Of a DNA stretch of 64,000 nucleotides, positions 50,695-64,000 are shown one piece after another. The position numbers and the translations under genes were made by a program. This DNA comes from Salpingoeca rosetta. Taxonomy: Eukaryota; Protista; Choanoflagellata. The notes under the pieces were generated by a model that searched no databases, was not told the DNA's origin, and saw only the letters and a program-made list of their open reading frames with translations. Where the stretch lies: positions 1,137,614-1,201,613 of the forward strand of contig JAWQFM010000015.1 of assembly GCA_033442325.1 (NCBI GenBank). Direction: 5' to 3'. Positions within the stretch are counted from its first letter, which is position 1. Each line of letters begins with the position of its first letter.

Positions 50695-51276
50695 CGTCGT
50701 TGTAGCTGGTGCTTCGCAGATACCTTGGCTGCAGACACCATCGTTGTCGCCGTTGGCGCATGTCGTGCCGTCCACCAGGGGTCGGCTGTTCGAGTTGACG
50801 ATGCACGTGGAGAAGAAGCAGCGCCCAACGGCGCACCCGGAGACACAGGCCTTGTTCAGGTCATTGAAGGAGTTGCACCGCAAGGACACCTGGTTCTGTG
50901 GAATCTTGACTGCGCTCGTGGACACGAGGCCCGTCGCGGCAGGGCTGCCGGTCTTGCTGAGCAGGTGGCAGCGCGTGGAGCCCGACGTGAGCCTGTAGTG
51001 GAACATGGCCTTGCACTCGCCCATGGCCAAACACGCCTCCTGACACGCGCGCGCTTCAATGTCGAGGATCTTCTGCAGCAGGCTGGCCTCATCAAACGCG
51101 TTGCTGTACCGCGCAGGCTGCTCAGACGGAAGGCCAACATGCTCCACAGCCATCAGCGTTTGCGCCTGTGCCTGCACACCCATTGGTGCCACCGCCACCG
51201 CCATAAGCAGCAGCAGTAGCGACGGCGCCATGGCGGCGACCCTCATCATGCTCCGTGCACGCAAGCCCGCCATCAT
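49858..51276 (-). CDS. Intronless secreted protein with three PAN/apple-like domains, a small Cys-rich module and a poly-Thr linker
   Basis: Signal MAPSLLLLLMAVAVAPMGVQA. Three C..AC....C.G/A.......C.LL units, each preceded by R[FY]S[TN]AFD. DGTTCANGDNDGVCSQGIC. An ~87-residue Thr tract is encoded by (AAC)n at ~50442-50703. Confidence 0.88.
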
Positions 51277-51741
51277 CGTCGTAGGGTGCGGCTTCTTTGC
51301 TTTTCATACGCGAAATAGTTTGCTGACTCAGCACTTTTTCTTTGTTGAAGCAAGCAAGCGTCAAGGAAGACATGGCAACAAGAAGCAAGAAGCAAGCAAG
51401 CAAGCAAGCAGGCAAGGTCAGCAGTGCACACACAAATAAAGCGCACAAGGACGACAGGGAATAACGCAAATGAAGGCAGACACGCAATCACTGCCAACCC
51501 ATGTCATGCATGGGAAGCGAACATGCCAAAACAAATAAAGCCTTTCCAAAGTGATAGAAAGAAAACACGCGAGAAGCAATCAGGAAATGAAAGGAGTGAT
51601 GACCAACAACCAAATCACATCACAGCACATCGCATAACGCCATCTGTATCATGTCTCCAGCTCTCTGAAACAGGCGAGCACGGCATCCCGCCCTGCGTCT
51701 TCCTCTCCCTTGCATACAGCTTGCACCATCGCGCTCAGGAG

Positions 51742-51914
51742 CTACAGAACCGCGGCAGCAAAGAGGGCGACGGCGCCTAGAGCGAGCGTCATCGCAGATG
51801 CAATTGGGGCGTGCAGAAATGCAGACGAACAATACTGCGGGTCGTTGCAGCTCCGGTCAGTCATGGCCGCAACAAAGTCAGACAGCAACAGCACGTTCTC
51901 CCTGTGGATTGTGG

Positions 51915-51962
<48 letters not shown>

Positions 51963-52492
51963 CGGGGAGTGAAGGAAAGGCACGAAAGACGCTCGTTGCT
52001 GGGTGCGAAGTCAACAGCAAGGCGGCACAATACTGGAGTGCATGGAAGGAAACAGAGAGCCGAGGCTTCACTGCCCCAGCAAGAGCCCACAAGCACAACT
52101 GCACACGCACAGACACACAAGCACACAGACACATACAGACAGACACAGACACAGACACGGACACGGACACAGAGACAGACACAGACACAGACAGACAGAC
52201 ACACCCACGCACACACACTCACGTGTCGTTGAGGTCGGTGACGCCGACGTATTCGAAGAAGCGGGAGGAGCGAACAAAGGTGTGCACGTTGCAGTCAACA
52301 ACAAAGGGAACAAAGTTTGGGAGGTGCGTCAGGTTGGTCAACAGCGGCGTCAGCTCCTGTCAAAGCAATACCAACACACAGGGGAAGGCACAATGAAGGT
52401 GATGTGGCCATGGCGGGAGAACTTTGTGGATTGGAGGCAAGACAATCTGTTGTTCAAAGTGGAGCCGAAGTTGAACACATACATACACACAG

Positions 52493-52532
<40 letters not shown>

Positions 52533-53398
52533 ATACAGATGAAGACGGTCCGCACCTGTGCCCAGAGCGTTGAGTAGCAGCCTGTGGAGCAGTCTGCGTG
52601 ACACTGGCCCGTGAACGAGTCCTGCACTTCATCGATGCACACATCAGCACTGACGGCACACGCACCCTGTAGGCAGCAGTGGCACCCGTAGTCCTGGTAT
52701 CTGCACGCACACACAAGAGCGCCACCATTTACGTGTGCACACGTGTGGTCGGTGGTGTTGTCGGTGGGATTAAACATTGCTGTTACACTGAGATGTTGCA
52801 CGGGAGGATGCGTGCGGCACAGAGCTGGAAACACGAACGGCCCGGCATGTCTGATGCGCACGCAATGGGTTGCGGTAAAAGCGTGGAGTGGTGGTGCCTG
52901 CAAGCAAGAATCAGCAAACAGCAACATGGATGTTTCGTACGTACGTGTATTGCATGAAGAGCCGCTGTGTTTCGTCGTTGTTGCAGGTGATGTGGGTGGC
53001 GCGGGCGTCCGGAAAGCGCGAAGCAAACGCAATCATCGACTCCCGCGCAACGCTGATGGTGGTAGCAAGAACGGGCCACACAAACAGCAACACAAAAGAA
53101 GGAGGGTGAGGGAGGATTGTACTTCAAGTTAGAGGTGAGCATGGCAAGGGGGAACAACTTGCGCACGACTGCACACAAGTCGCAGTGATGGTGGGACAAC
53201 GTCGGAGAACCGTGGGTGGGGGACTCCAACACGACGCACGATGTGGTGCAAAGCGGTGGTGACAGGTGACGTACGTTGCACCGCGTTGCAGGTTCGTCAT
53301 TGTGGGCGAGTACGCAATCTCGCTGTCGTGGAAGCCCGTGTCCTCGCCAAACACGCCGTACTGAAATACCTGTGTGCGAAACGGCGACATGTCAAGTG

Positions 53399-53437
<39 letters not shown>

Positions 53438-53854
53438 GTGCGTGTGCGTGTGTGTGCGTGTGTGCGTGTGCGTGTGTGTGAAGGGGGGTGTTAATGTGAG
53501 AGAAGGACGAGCAGTGAGGGGACGACATGGGGTGGTGGGAAACGAAGCAAAACACACACACACACACACAAAGAGACACACACACAGAGACACACACAGA
53601 GAGAGACACACACACAAACACACGCAGGAACAGTGTCACAGGAGTGTTGCCGCACGTGCTGCAGGATGCCGCGTTCGATGGCCCACGTGGGGCTGACGGC
53701 GGCGAGGCCAACGCCGGAGTCGGCGACGAGTGCGATGTTAACATCGAGGCCACGGTCCTCAATGGCCGCTGCCAGGACGCTGCAGTGCGCAATCGCGCCA
53801 TACGCACCGGCGCTGTCTCCAAAGCACACCAGGTCTGCACGCGAGCAGTACAGG

Positions 53855-53938
<84 letters not shown>

Positions 53939-56019
53939 GTGTGTGAAGTGTGTACGTGACAACAGAAAGTGAGTGACCAGTTCGTGCACATAGAAGACAC
54001 ACACGCACACTACACTCCATAACACGCCGCTCTCCCCCACATACAATCACATCCACTGCGGCGCACCCTTGAGGATGCCGGTGTCGACAAACTCGCGGAT
54101 GATCCAGTCGACCGCCGTGCGAGCATTGGCGCTCCCCTGGTGGTTGTCGCACAGGAAGTGTGTGTGCATGCGTACGTGTGTGTGTATGTGTGTGCGTGTG
54201 TGTGCATGTTTATGTGAGGGGAACGCGAGACACAAGGCGACAGCGTGTTGTTCACCAGCGTGCTGTTCATGTGGTCGTGTCATTCGCACCAGCACAGAGG
54301 GAGAACGAGCCAACACCGTGGACACGAAGATAAGGAGCAAGCAAGCAGCCAACAGCAGCAGCGAGCACAACCCTGCGTCCAGCTTCCATGTCACAGAGAG
54401 TAACTGGCAGGCGTACCTTGTGGTGGATGGTGCAGTTTGAGGAGGTGCAGTTGGTGTACTCGTGCGTGGCGTTGCCCAGATGCACGTCACCAGTGCAGTA
54501 CGGCACAAACACGTGGCTCCTGTGCAAGGCAAGGCCATGTTTGGTGCACACGTGCACGTGAGGACGATGGGAAGAAAGAGATGCAGAGATGTGCACGAGC
54601 ACGAGAGCAACAATAACAATACACCGTGACTGCGATTCTCCACTGCTTCTGTCCGTACATCCGTTCCCTTGCCCATCCTTCCACCCTCCATGCATCCCAT
54701 CCATCGCTTCACCACTTCCACCCTCCATCCATCCCATCCCTTCCCATCCTGTCCCATCCCATCCATTCACACCACTCCCAACTCATGCGACTACTTCCCC
54801 AGCAACGCACCACTTCCTAAACGGGTTTTCCTTGTTTGAGCGGTCGAGGAAGCCGCCAAACTCGTCCGGGTACACCTGCGCCAGGTTGAACCCGCACTCA
54901 ATCGCCGCCATCGTCGCGGGATCAGGATTCAACTGCACCCCGCGCAACAGCAGGAATGAAGGTGACATTGGGGGAGGATGGGTTTGGTGAGAGGATATAC
55001 ATGCGTGTGTACGTGTGTGCAATTCTGTGCCTATGAAAGAGTGGGTAGGAATCTGGCACCCATTTGTTCAAAGAACGCGCGTCCTTACCGTGCGGAAGTA
55101 GCTTGAGCGGCAGCTGTCTGAAAGCGGTGGATCGCACAGCGCAGGCTCAAAGCATGTTTCTGCGCTCCAGCACGCGCCTCCGCCGCTGAAGTCTGCACAC
55201 GAAGGTGAGTGTGAGCGATTGAGTGAGTGAGTGAGTGTGTGTGTGTGTGTGTGTTGTGAGTGTGTGTGTGTGAGTGTGAGTGAGCGAGTGAGAGAGAGAG
55301 AGAGTGAGTGTGTGTGTGAGAGTGTGTGTGTTTGAGTGTGTGGGTGGGTGGGCGAGGTTTGCTGCCAACGGTGACACGGATTTGCGTCAAATGTGGTATA
55401 CCGCTGAGCATGATCATATGCAGTGCTACTGATGCGTGAGCATGGCGTGAGTGAACTGAAACGCACCGAGGATGAGTTTGGACGTGTCCATCTTGGTGGC
55501 AAGGAATGCCCATGGGGATCCGTCCGAGCACGTGGTGCCTTCTGGACGAAGCACGTACTCTTTTTCTTCCAGGTCATCGAGGGAAGGCAGGTCATCTGGG
55601 TGCTGTGGTGTCGAGACACGCTCCAGCGTAGCATCAATGCACTGCCAAATGTGTGTTTATATTTGCGTGTGTGCGCGTGTGTGTGTGTGTGTGTGTTCAT
55701 GTGCGTGTAAGTCAAAACAAAGACAGTCAGTCGCCCGTATTTCAAGCACGCAGGTAGGACGACTGGTTCCCTGTTCTTGCTTTCACTGCACCCACGCAGC
55801 AAAAGACCTCGTCCACCAACACACACATATCACAACATGTCAACTCATCCCAACCTGGCAGAACTCCGAGTTCACGCTGCCACAGAGAGCAAACGTGTTG
55901 GTGAAGGCTGCATCTTGTGCAGTCACGCGTCCAATTGCCACTGCCACCACCACCACCACCACCACCACCATGGCCAACGCCCCCCGACGACGCGTGCTCG
56001 TCATCAGCATCATCGTCAT
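51742..56019 (-). CDS. Pectinacetylesterase/Notum-family alpha/beta hydrolase, secreted, probably GPI-anchored, multi-exon
   Basis: Signal ..[21 protein letters not shown]; CSDGSPWAF; FSGGGACW (oxyanion loop); NPFRKW|SHVFVPYCTGDVHLGN; GDSAGAYG (catalytic Ser); ADSG; NDETQ (Asp); CNVHTF (His); hydrophobic C-terminus AMTLALGAVALFAAAVL*. Confidence 0.9.
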
Positions 56020-56476
56020 CAGGATGGTCAGTCAATATCGATCGAGCAAACACAAACACAGCCCCCAAACCACGAGCAGCAGCGCCACAGCAAGCAAACC
56101 AAAACGCCAGGAAGGACGGCAGTCGCAGAGAACAAATGGAAGATGTTCGTGAAACATCGAGCCAAGCCAAACACTACCAAAGGGTGTGTAGCTACTGTTT
56201 GTGCTGTCGTACAATTTTGGCGGGCGAGCTGCTGTCTGCTGCTGTTGTGAACGGTTGGTGCTTGACTGTGAGAGTGGTTGTCTGGCTGGCTGGCTGGGTC
56301 ATCCATCATCAGAGGCTGCAGTGACACGGGGAGCGACACAAGCAGTGACAAGGCAGCAAGCGAGGAAAAGGAAACGTGCACGTGTGCCAGCCAGCCACTT
56401 TGTATTGATTTCGGGGGGCTGGCTGTTGTTGTCATTTCTGCTGTTTTGTGCAGAGAGCAGCTGCGAATCACCGACG

Positions 56477-56573
56477 ATGACATCGAGAAAGCAGCATGGT
56501 GGGCCAGACGCCGCCATGTACGAGTCCAAGGAAAACCTCAAGGCCCTCTCCAACATCCTCCCCGCCATCAACG

Positions 56574-56604
<31 letters not shown>

Positions 56605-57043
56605 ATGTATGTTGGTGTGCAGGCGTGCTGTATGTGAGTACACCTCCCAAAGCAAATCAACACTCAACATTGCACAAATGTGTTGTGTGTACACATGTGT
56701 GTGTGTGTTTGTGTGTGTGTGTGTATATATATGCTTGAATGTGGTTGGCCAATATTGTGTGCAGGACAAGTACAAGGATTACGTGCAGCAGGAGAACATC
56801 ACCGCAGCTGGCGTGGCGTCCCTGCTTGTGCACATGTGGTCTTTCATGGAGGTGAGGACATGCCCCGCCAGTGAGCTGCGATTGGTGTCGTCTGCTTTCC
56901 CAAGAATCTTTTCCTCGTTTGGCGCCCATTTCACCTTGCATGCACCGTTATTGCTGCTGCCCGTGCCATTGGAACTCTTGACCTACAGAAACACTTGGGC
57001 AAGCAGTCTGACAACCAAGCCATGACCCGGTTTCCCGTACGTG

Positions 57044-57085
<42 letters not shown>

Positions 57086-58025
57086 GGGTCTCTCTGAGTG
57101 TCGGCATTGTGCTTGTGCTTGTGTATGTGTGTGTGCTCTTGTGTGCGTGTGTGTTCTTGTGTGTGCCTTGTTTGGTGTGTATGTGGGAGGGTGTTGGGTC
57201 TTCTCTGAGTGACGTGACCACTTGATTGCCTGTGTACGCGTGTTTCCAGTTTGCAGTTTCATGCCTTCATCCACAATTCCTCTCACGCCTGCACGGTGGC
57301 TCTTGGTGGGTTGTGCATCTTGCTTGTTTCGATGCGCAGGCGCGCTTCTTCTTCGACTACTCAAAGAAAGGGCCGCTCGTGGATATTGTGGGCACGGCAT
57401 ACAAAGTCAAGGCAGACACGCAGATGTAAGAAGAATCTGCCTGGCCTCTGCAACGGTTGCCTTTACCAGCCCTGTTGCGGCTGAAACAGAGACAGCTTCA
57501 CTCTCACTTGCACTTGTGAAAGCCAAACATACTCACGACACACATATGCACACAAACGCACCCTCACACAACTCTCACTCACCCTCACACTGATGCAAAC
57601 CCGCACTCACACACACACGCACACACACACACACACATTTTGCAGGCGGCGGTTTGACTTTGCGACGCCGTCCAAGCTGAACCGCAACATGAACATTCTG
57701 CTTGAAGTGCAGCGCGTGCTCAAGGAAAAGCACCACTTGCGGCCCATGCGCGTGTATTTCGCGCCAAAGGTCTCCGCCAAGGACAAAGAGAGGCTGAGCA
57801 CCGTGGCCAAGGTACGAATGATGCTGGGTGATGATGATTTCAGTGAGGTTGTGGGGAGGAGCAGCACCTTTTGTGTTGAATGTTTGCAGTCGCATTGGCT
57901 GTATGCCGTTATGCCTTGCATGTGCATGCAGGTTTTGTTAATCATTCGTGATGTCCAGTCCCGCGTCTGCCCCGACAATGTTCACACACACACACACATA
58001 CACACACACCCACACAAACACACAC

Positions 58026-58056
<31 letters not shown>

Positions 58057-59128
58057 GGAGCACGACATGGAGACGGTTGGTTCAGAGGACGAGGCAACAC
58101 ACGTCATCACCTCCCTCCCAAAGCGCGATCCTGCCGACGGTGCGTTGTGCACATAAAGATGTGTGAAGATGTATGTGTGTGTGTGTGTGTGCGCATGTAT
58201 GTGTGCGCATGTATGTGTGGGCAAAATATTCCAGCCATCACCGTCACATGACCTTGTTTGTTTCTCATCACCATTCCGCTGTCACCACATCACCACTTCA
58301 CCACTTCACCATACCACAACCACACCACCACACCACCACCGCTATCACCACCATCACCAGATGGTGAGGAGTGGCTGCGGCCTGTGCTGAAGCGCAAGGA
58401 CCGCGTGCTGGCGCACTACTGGTACTTCCCGGACAGCTACGACACGTGGCTTCCCGCTCGCGACGTCGCTGCTGAGATTGAGCGATACCAGCGCAGAGGT
58501 GCGTTGATACGCACGTGGTGAACGGTGTATGGTGGTGGTGCTGTTGCTGTTGCTTGGTTGTTGTTGTTGTGTGGACAGCGATGAGATGAGTGATGCGACA
58601 ACTCACGTCGCGGCTCCACTGCCCCTTGCCCCCCCCCGCAGACCGGTTCTACGTGAACGGGTACTGGTTGCTGCACACCGCCAAGTACAACGAGTTCATG
58701 AACGAGGAAGACTACGAGGACACGGACCCAGAGGTGCGGTTGGGCTGCTGCATTGTGTTGTGCGTCGAGTACGTGTGTTGTGTTATGTGCGTGCGTGTGT
58801 GTGTGTGCATTGTGCTATCGCTCACATGCTTCCTCACCATGTGCACACACACACACACACAGGAGGAGGAAGCGCGCTCGTCACCGACGCGCAACAGACG
58901 AACGACTCCGCCGTCGCGGCCAACACCAACCGTATCGGAAGCTGCGGCAGTCAAGACCGCGAGCACGCCATCAGCCGCGTCAAAGGCAAAGGCAAAGGCG
59001 AAGGCAAAGGCATCCTCATCGTCGCCAGCGTCATCCTCAGCAGCAACAGCGGCAGCAGCAAGCAGCAGCGTGAGGGGCCGTGGCAGCCGCAGCAGCAAAG
59101 GCAGCAAAGCTGGCACTGGCAACAACAT

Positions 59129-59160
<32 letters not shown>

Positions 59161-59282
59161 GTGGTGGTGGCAGCAGCAAGGGGCGGCGATCATCAGCCAA
59201 GGCAGCAAACAACGGGTCGGTGATGGTGGTGGTGGTGGTGGTGGTGGTGGTGGTGGTGGGGCGTACGTGTGTGTACGTATGT

Positions 59283-59350
<68 letters not shown>

Positions 59351-60272
59351 GTGTGTGTGCGTGTGTGTGTGTGTGTGTTTGTGTGTGTTCGTGTGTGTGT
59401 CTTTTTTTTGTGTGTGTGTGCGTGCGTGTGTGCGTGCGTGCGTGTGTGTGCATGGTTTTGACATGTTGAAATGAAGAATTTCGTGTGCCGCGTATGGATT
59501 GTGTTTGACTCTCATGTTCTTGCATGTACACGCACACGCACGATCATTCACGCTGTTGCTGTGTGAGCAGGAAGCGAAAGCATGAGGAAACACCTGCGAG
59601 CAAGAGCAAGCGCAGCAAGAAGGCCGCGGCGTCCAGCAAGCGAGCGAAGACCACCGACGATGATGACGATGATGGCGAGGAGGAGGAGGAGGACGTCGAT
59701 CCCCGCATCGGCCTCCCGCCAGACACAAACTTGCAAGGTTGTGCACGTGGTCATGTGTGTGTGTGTGTGTTGGAGGGATGGGTGCATTGTAGGTGTTCGT
59801 GGTTGTGTGCGTATGTGGATGTGGCTGTCACATGTATGTGGTTTGTGTGTGTTTCTCATTTCTCATTACCCACCACTCATCCCGTGGACAACGCGTGGGT
59901 CTACAGCTGTGCGTGTGGACGTTGAGAAAGCGCTGTTGGAGGCCGACACAAATGCAAAGAAGAACGAGCTTCAGGTACACACGTACATACACACACAACG
60001 CGCGCACACGCACACGCATGCACGTGTGCGGATCGTCGTTGTGCGTTGTTGGCAATGCATGCCCTTGCTTGCTTGTTCCCTTGCTTCATCCATGTGATGT
60101 TCCACCCAGTACCCTCACCTTGACACACGCTCATCTTCGTCACCACGACCACCTTCACCACGGTCATCACCATCATCGTCATCAGCCGATTCGAAGCGGT
60201 CATGTGCTCGACATTTCGCATTCAAAGGGAATTCCAATCCAAGCCGTTGAGGTGCGCACGGTCACGCGTGAT

Positions 60273-60354
<82 letters not shown>

Positions 60355-63300
60355 GTGTGTGTGTGTGCTGTGTATGTGTGAACTAGGGGACATTTTATTT
60401 TGTTGATGACCATTTGTTGCCGTGAAATGGCTGCTTCCACTCACTCTTGCGTGCGCACGCGCACGTGTGCGTGCATGTTTGTGTGGTTTTACTCCAGGGC
60501 GAGGCACCTGTTCCCAAGCCAGAGCAGCCAGCCAAGGTAGCGTCATGCCATGCCATACCACGCCACGCCACACCACATCGTCGCACGAACAGCACGCTCG
60601 ACAGCGCTGTTTGCATTCATGCCACACCAGCAGCACCATCACCACCATCCACCACCATGTTCCCCTGTCACCCTCACTCACTCACATCAAACAACCAACC
60701 AATTACCGAGCAGAAGGCGAAGACGACGGAGGCGCAGCAGCAGCACATCATCATCCCGGCCGCCGCCGCCTGGTTCGACTACGAGAACATCCACGAAATT
60801 GAGATCCGCGCCCTGCCCGAGTTCTTCAACGGGAAGAGCAAGGGCAAGGCCCCGCAAGTGTAAGTCGGCTGATGTGCGTGTGTGTGTGTGTATGTATGTG
60901 TATGTATGTGTGTGTGCGTGTGTGTACGTGTGTGTGTGTGTACATGCGTGTAACGACGCGTCAGGGGTATTCGTGTGGACTGCGCGGTTTATCAATGTGT
61001 TGCATGGCTGCGCATGGTAACCTGACCCTTCTCGCCTCCACGTCACTGTTCCATCTCCACCGCCACAGCTATATGGCGTACCGCAACTTCATGATTGACA
61101 CGTATCGCCTCAACCCGTCCCAGTACCTCACAGCCACCGCCTGCCGCCGCAACCTCGGTGTGTACGTGTACATGCATGTGTGTGTGTGTCTGTGTGTCTG
61201 TGTCTGTGTCTGTGTCTGTGTCTGTGTCTGTGTACGTCTGCGTGTGCATCTGTGTGTGCATGCGGGGATCTGTGTGTGTGTGTGTGTGTACATGCATGTG
61301 CACATCTGCATGCGGACTGCCGTCGCTTGCCTGCCGCGTCGTGTTATCATGTACTGACGACCGCAGCGACACCACACCTCTACCTCCCTCGCGTCTGCTC
61401 ACACCACCGCAACTGCGTGCTGGGCTGATCTGCAGTTGGCGACGTGTGCGCGATTGTGCGCGTGCACGCGTTCCTGGAGCAGTGGGGCCTTATCAACTTC
61501 CAGGTGCGGTCTTGCTCTGGTTTTGTGTTGATTGGTTTTAGTACCACCTGGACGTGAGCCTCCACCTTGACACACACGCACGCACGCACGCACACGCACG
61601 CACGCGCACACACGCACGCACGCGCACGCATACACACGCACACACACACACTCACTCACTCACACGCACACTCTCTGTTGTGTGTGTTGCAGGTTGACAA
61701 GGAGACGCGACCGACAGCTGTTGGGCCGCCGCCAACATCCCACTTCCACATTCTCGGGGACACCCCGCAGGGCTTGCAGCCGCTGCACATGAAGAAGCTC
61801 GCTGACGAGGTGTGGCGCGTTGTTGTTGCTGCTGTGCGCGCGTGTGTGTGTGTGACCATGTGTGTGTGTGTGTGCACCTGCCCATATCTGTTTTCTCGGC
61901 TCTAATGCACACATACATACCCACACGCACACAACCAACCACCCACACGCACACACGCACACACCTTCACCTTGGCGTTTACAGCAAGCGAGGGGTGATG
62001 CAAAGGCGCGTGTTGTTGATCTGCCAACGCCACAGCTGGGCATCCGCAGCACGTCCACAGCGACTGCACAGAACTTTGGACTGCGCCGGGATTTGTACAG
62101 CCGGCCAGCAAGCGAGGAGGGCGCGCCGTGGAGCGACCATGTGCGTTGTCTTCGTGCATTTTGCTGCTTGCATGCGCACTGTTGTGTTTTTGTTTGTGTT
62201 GTGTGCTTGTCTTTGTGTTTGTGTGCTTGTGCTGGTGCTTGTGTTGTATTTCCTGTGATCCTGTGTGTTCTTTGGATAAGTGGCATCTCTCCTCACCCTT
62301 CACTCCTCCTACCACCACGTCGACCACCGCCACCAGGAGGTGCTTGCGCTGCTTGAGGCCGTGGATCTTCACCGCGACGATTGGATGCGCGTGCGCGATC
62401 ACGTCAACCGCGTCTGCTACGCCGGCGAGGCCGTCCGCAGCCACGACGACTGCGTCCTCGCATTCATCAGGTGCCATACTTGTGCCACGATGGTGATGAT
62501 GATGATGATGATGACGATGATGATGATGATGATGCGTGTTGTGTGTGTGTGTGTGACTTTGTATGCGAAGTGCATGTTTGTTCGCCTGTATGCGCGGCTG
62601 CACTTCGTTCTCCCCCCCCCACACACACACACAATAGCCGCTGCTCACCCTCGCCACACCACCATTCCCCTTCACTCCCCTGCCCACCAATCAGGCTGCC
62701 GATTGAGGACACGTTCCTGCATGAGGAGACGAAGGTTGATGCTGATCCAATCCCTTTTGTCACCGCACAGAATCCACTCATGAAGACGCTTGCTTTTCTC
62801 GCCTCTGTGGTCGAGGTCAGTGCACCGCCCAGGCATTGCTTTGTTGTTGCGTGTTTGTTTGTTCGTTTGTTTACTGTGCGGTTTCATGCGTGCACGTGCA
62901 TGTGCATGTGCGTTTGTGCACGCGCTTAATGTGTGTGGGTGCGTCATGCAACGGAACTTGCTTGGCTCGCACCGATGACGCTTCTCCCCTCCCCCGTCCG
63001 TTTCCCTTCACGATCACGTTTCCCACCCGTTTTCCCCCTCTCTGCCATGCAGCCGAGTGTTGCTGCTGACGCGGCGCGGGCAGCCATGCTCAAGATTGGC
63101 GAGCGACACACAGCGGCAGCAGCGGCAGCAGCAGCAGCAGGGGGAAGAGATGGAGCGAAGGAGGGCGAGGAGGAGGAGAAGAAGGAAGGTAAAGCAAAGA
63201 TGGATAAGGGCAGTGATGGGGCGAAGGAAACAGAGACAGCAGTAGCGGCAAAGCAACAAGGGGGATCGAAGGAAGAAGAACGCAAGGCAACAAAGACGCC

Positions 63301-64000
63301 GGTAACGCAATTGGTGCAACTGCTTCGGTCGCGTATGACCCTGGGCACGGGCGATAAGCAAGCACCAGCACCAGCAGCACCAGCAGCAGCAGAAGAGCAG
63401 CGCAGATCCAAGGCAGTTACGGCAGAGGAGGGAGAGGGCACTGGTGCTGGTGGTGCGATGGACACGAGCGAGGACGCAAGCGCGCCGGCACAGTCGTCCC
63501 AGCAACAGGCAGTGAAGAAGGAAGGCGACAAGGCCCAGCCAGCACAAGCAGAAGCAGCACAGCAGGGCACGACAGCCACTGCATCAGCAACAGCAGCACC
63601 GCCGTCATCATCATCATCATCCTCGTCGTCGTCGTCACAGGCAAAGCCGCCCGGGTGGGCGTGGACGGCGGAAGAGTCGAAGGAGCTGCAGGCGCTGGTG
63701 ACGAGCGAAGACGTGCAGGAGGCGTCACGCGCAGCGCTCAAGGCAGCGTCCAACAAGGCCATGGTGGGTGCGCTGCCGTGTGTTAGAACGAGAGGGGGGA
63801 TGGCGGAGCAGTGGTGGTAGAGGCGGTGGAGGGGAAGAGATGCTTGAAAAAGGAGGCATGCGCACTTGGTCATCGCAGTAACAGTGGTGGCAACGGGAGT
63901 GGCGGTGGTGGTGACAATGACGCCAGATGTGTTGCTGTGCATTTGTTGTGTTGTGTTGTGTTTTGCTGTGTTGTGTTGTGCTGTGCTGTGCTGTGCTGCG
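56477..64000 (+). CDS. SMARCC: SWI/SNF complex subunit SMARCC (BAF155/BAF170, SWI3 family), 3' end outside the window
   Basis: [17 protein letters not shown]; [17 protein letters not shown]; [11 protein letters not shown] (chromo-like). SWIRM: [85 protein letters not shown]: [35 protein letters not shown]. Confidence 0.96.

Noticed and set aside
51742-56019. Naming the hydrolase NOTUM
   Set aside because: The family motifs are shared with plant and bacterial pectinacetylesterases; orthology cannot be shown from the sequence alone.

Overview
Eukaryotic, intron-rich genomic DNA with GT-AG introns packed with (CA)n/(GT)n microsatellites and three assembly gaps. The style and gene set suggest a choanoflagellate, most likely Salpingoeca rosetta (inference). 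From left to right: (1) the 5' part of a large secreted Cys-rich gene with tandemly duplicated exons and ~135-aa IPT/TIG-like repeats (minus strand, runs off the left edge); (2) a multi-exon TRPM-family cation channel that carries a ryanodine-receptor (RyR) repeat inside its cytosolic N-terminal half; (3) a small single-pass membrane protein made of one Cys-rich module shared with the two large genes; (4) a ~3,100-aa type I membrane protein with a mucin stalk, Cys modules, 5+1 IPT-like repeats, Kunitz, Gly-Tyr-Asp pentapeptide repeats, a VWC-like module, an intact tyrosinase domain, two Kazal domains, a SEA-like domain with a furin-type site and a TM helix; it is a paralog of (1); (5) a complete, very young Ty1/copia LTR retrotransposon with 362-bp LTRs that look identical and an AATTC target-site duplication; (6) HAUS6 (augmin), head-to-head with (7) an A20-zinc-finger/SH3-like/coiled-coil gene; (8) an intronless secreted protein with three PAN/apple domains; (9) a probably GPI-anchored pectinacetylesterase/Notum-family hydrolase, head-to-head with (10) SMARCC (BAF155/170, SWI3), which is truncated at the right edge. 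The two best candidates for something undescribed are the membrane-tethered tyrosinase flanked by its own Tyr-rich repeats (with its clustered paralogs) and the TRPM-RyR domain fusion. Exon boundaries were read by eye and no database searches were run.
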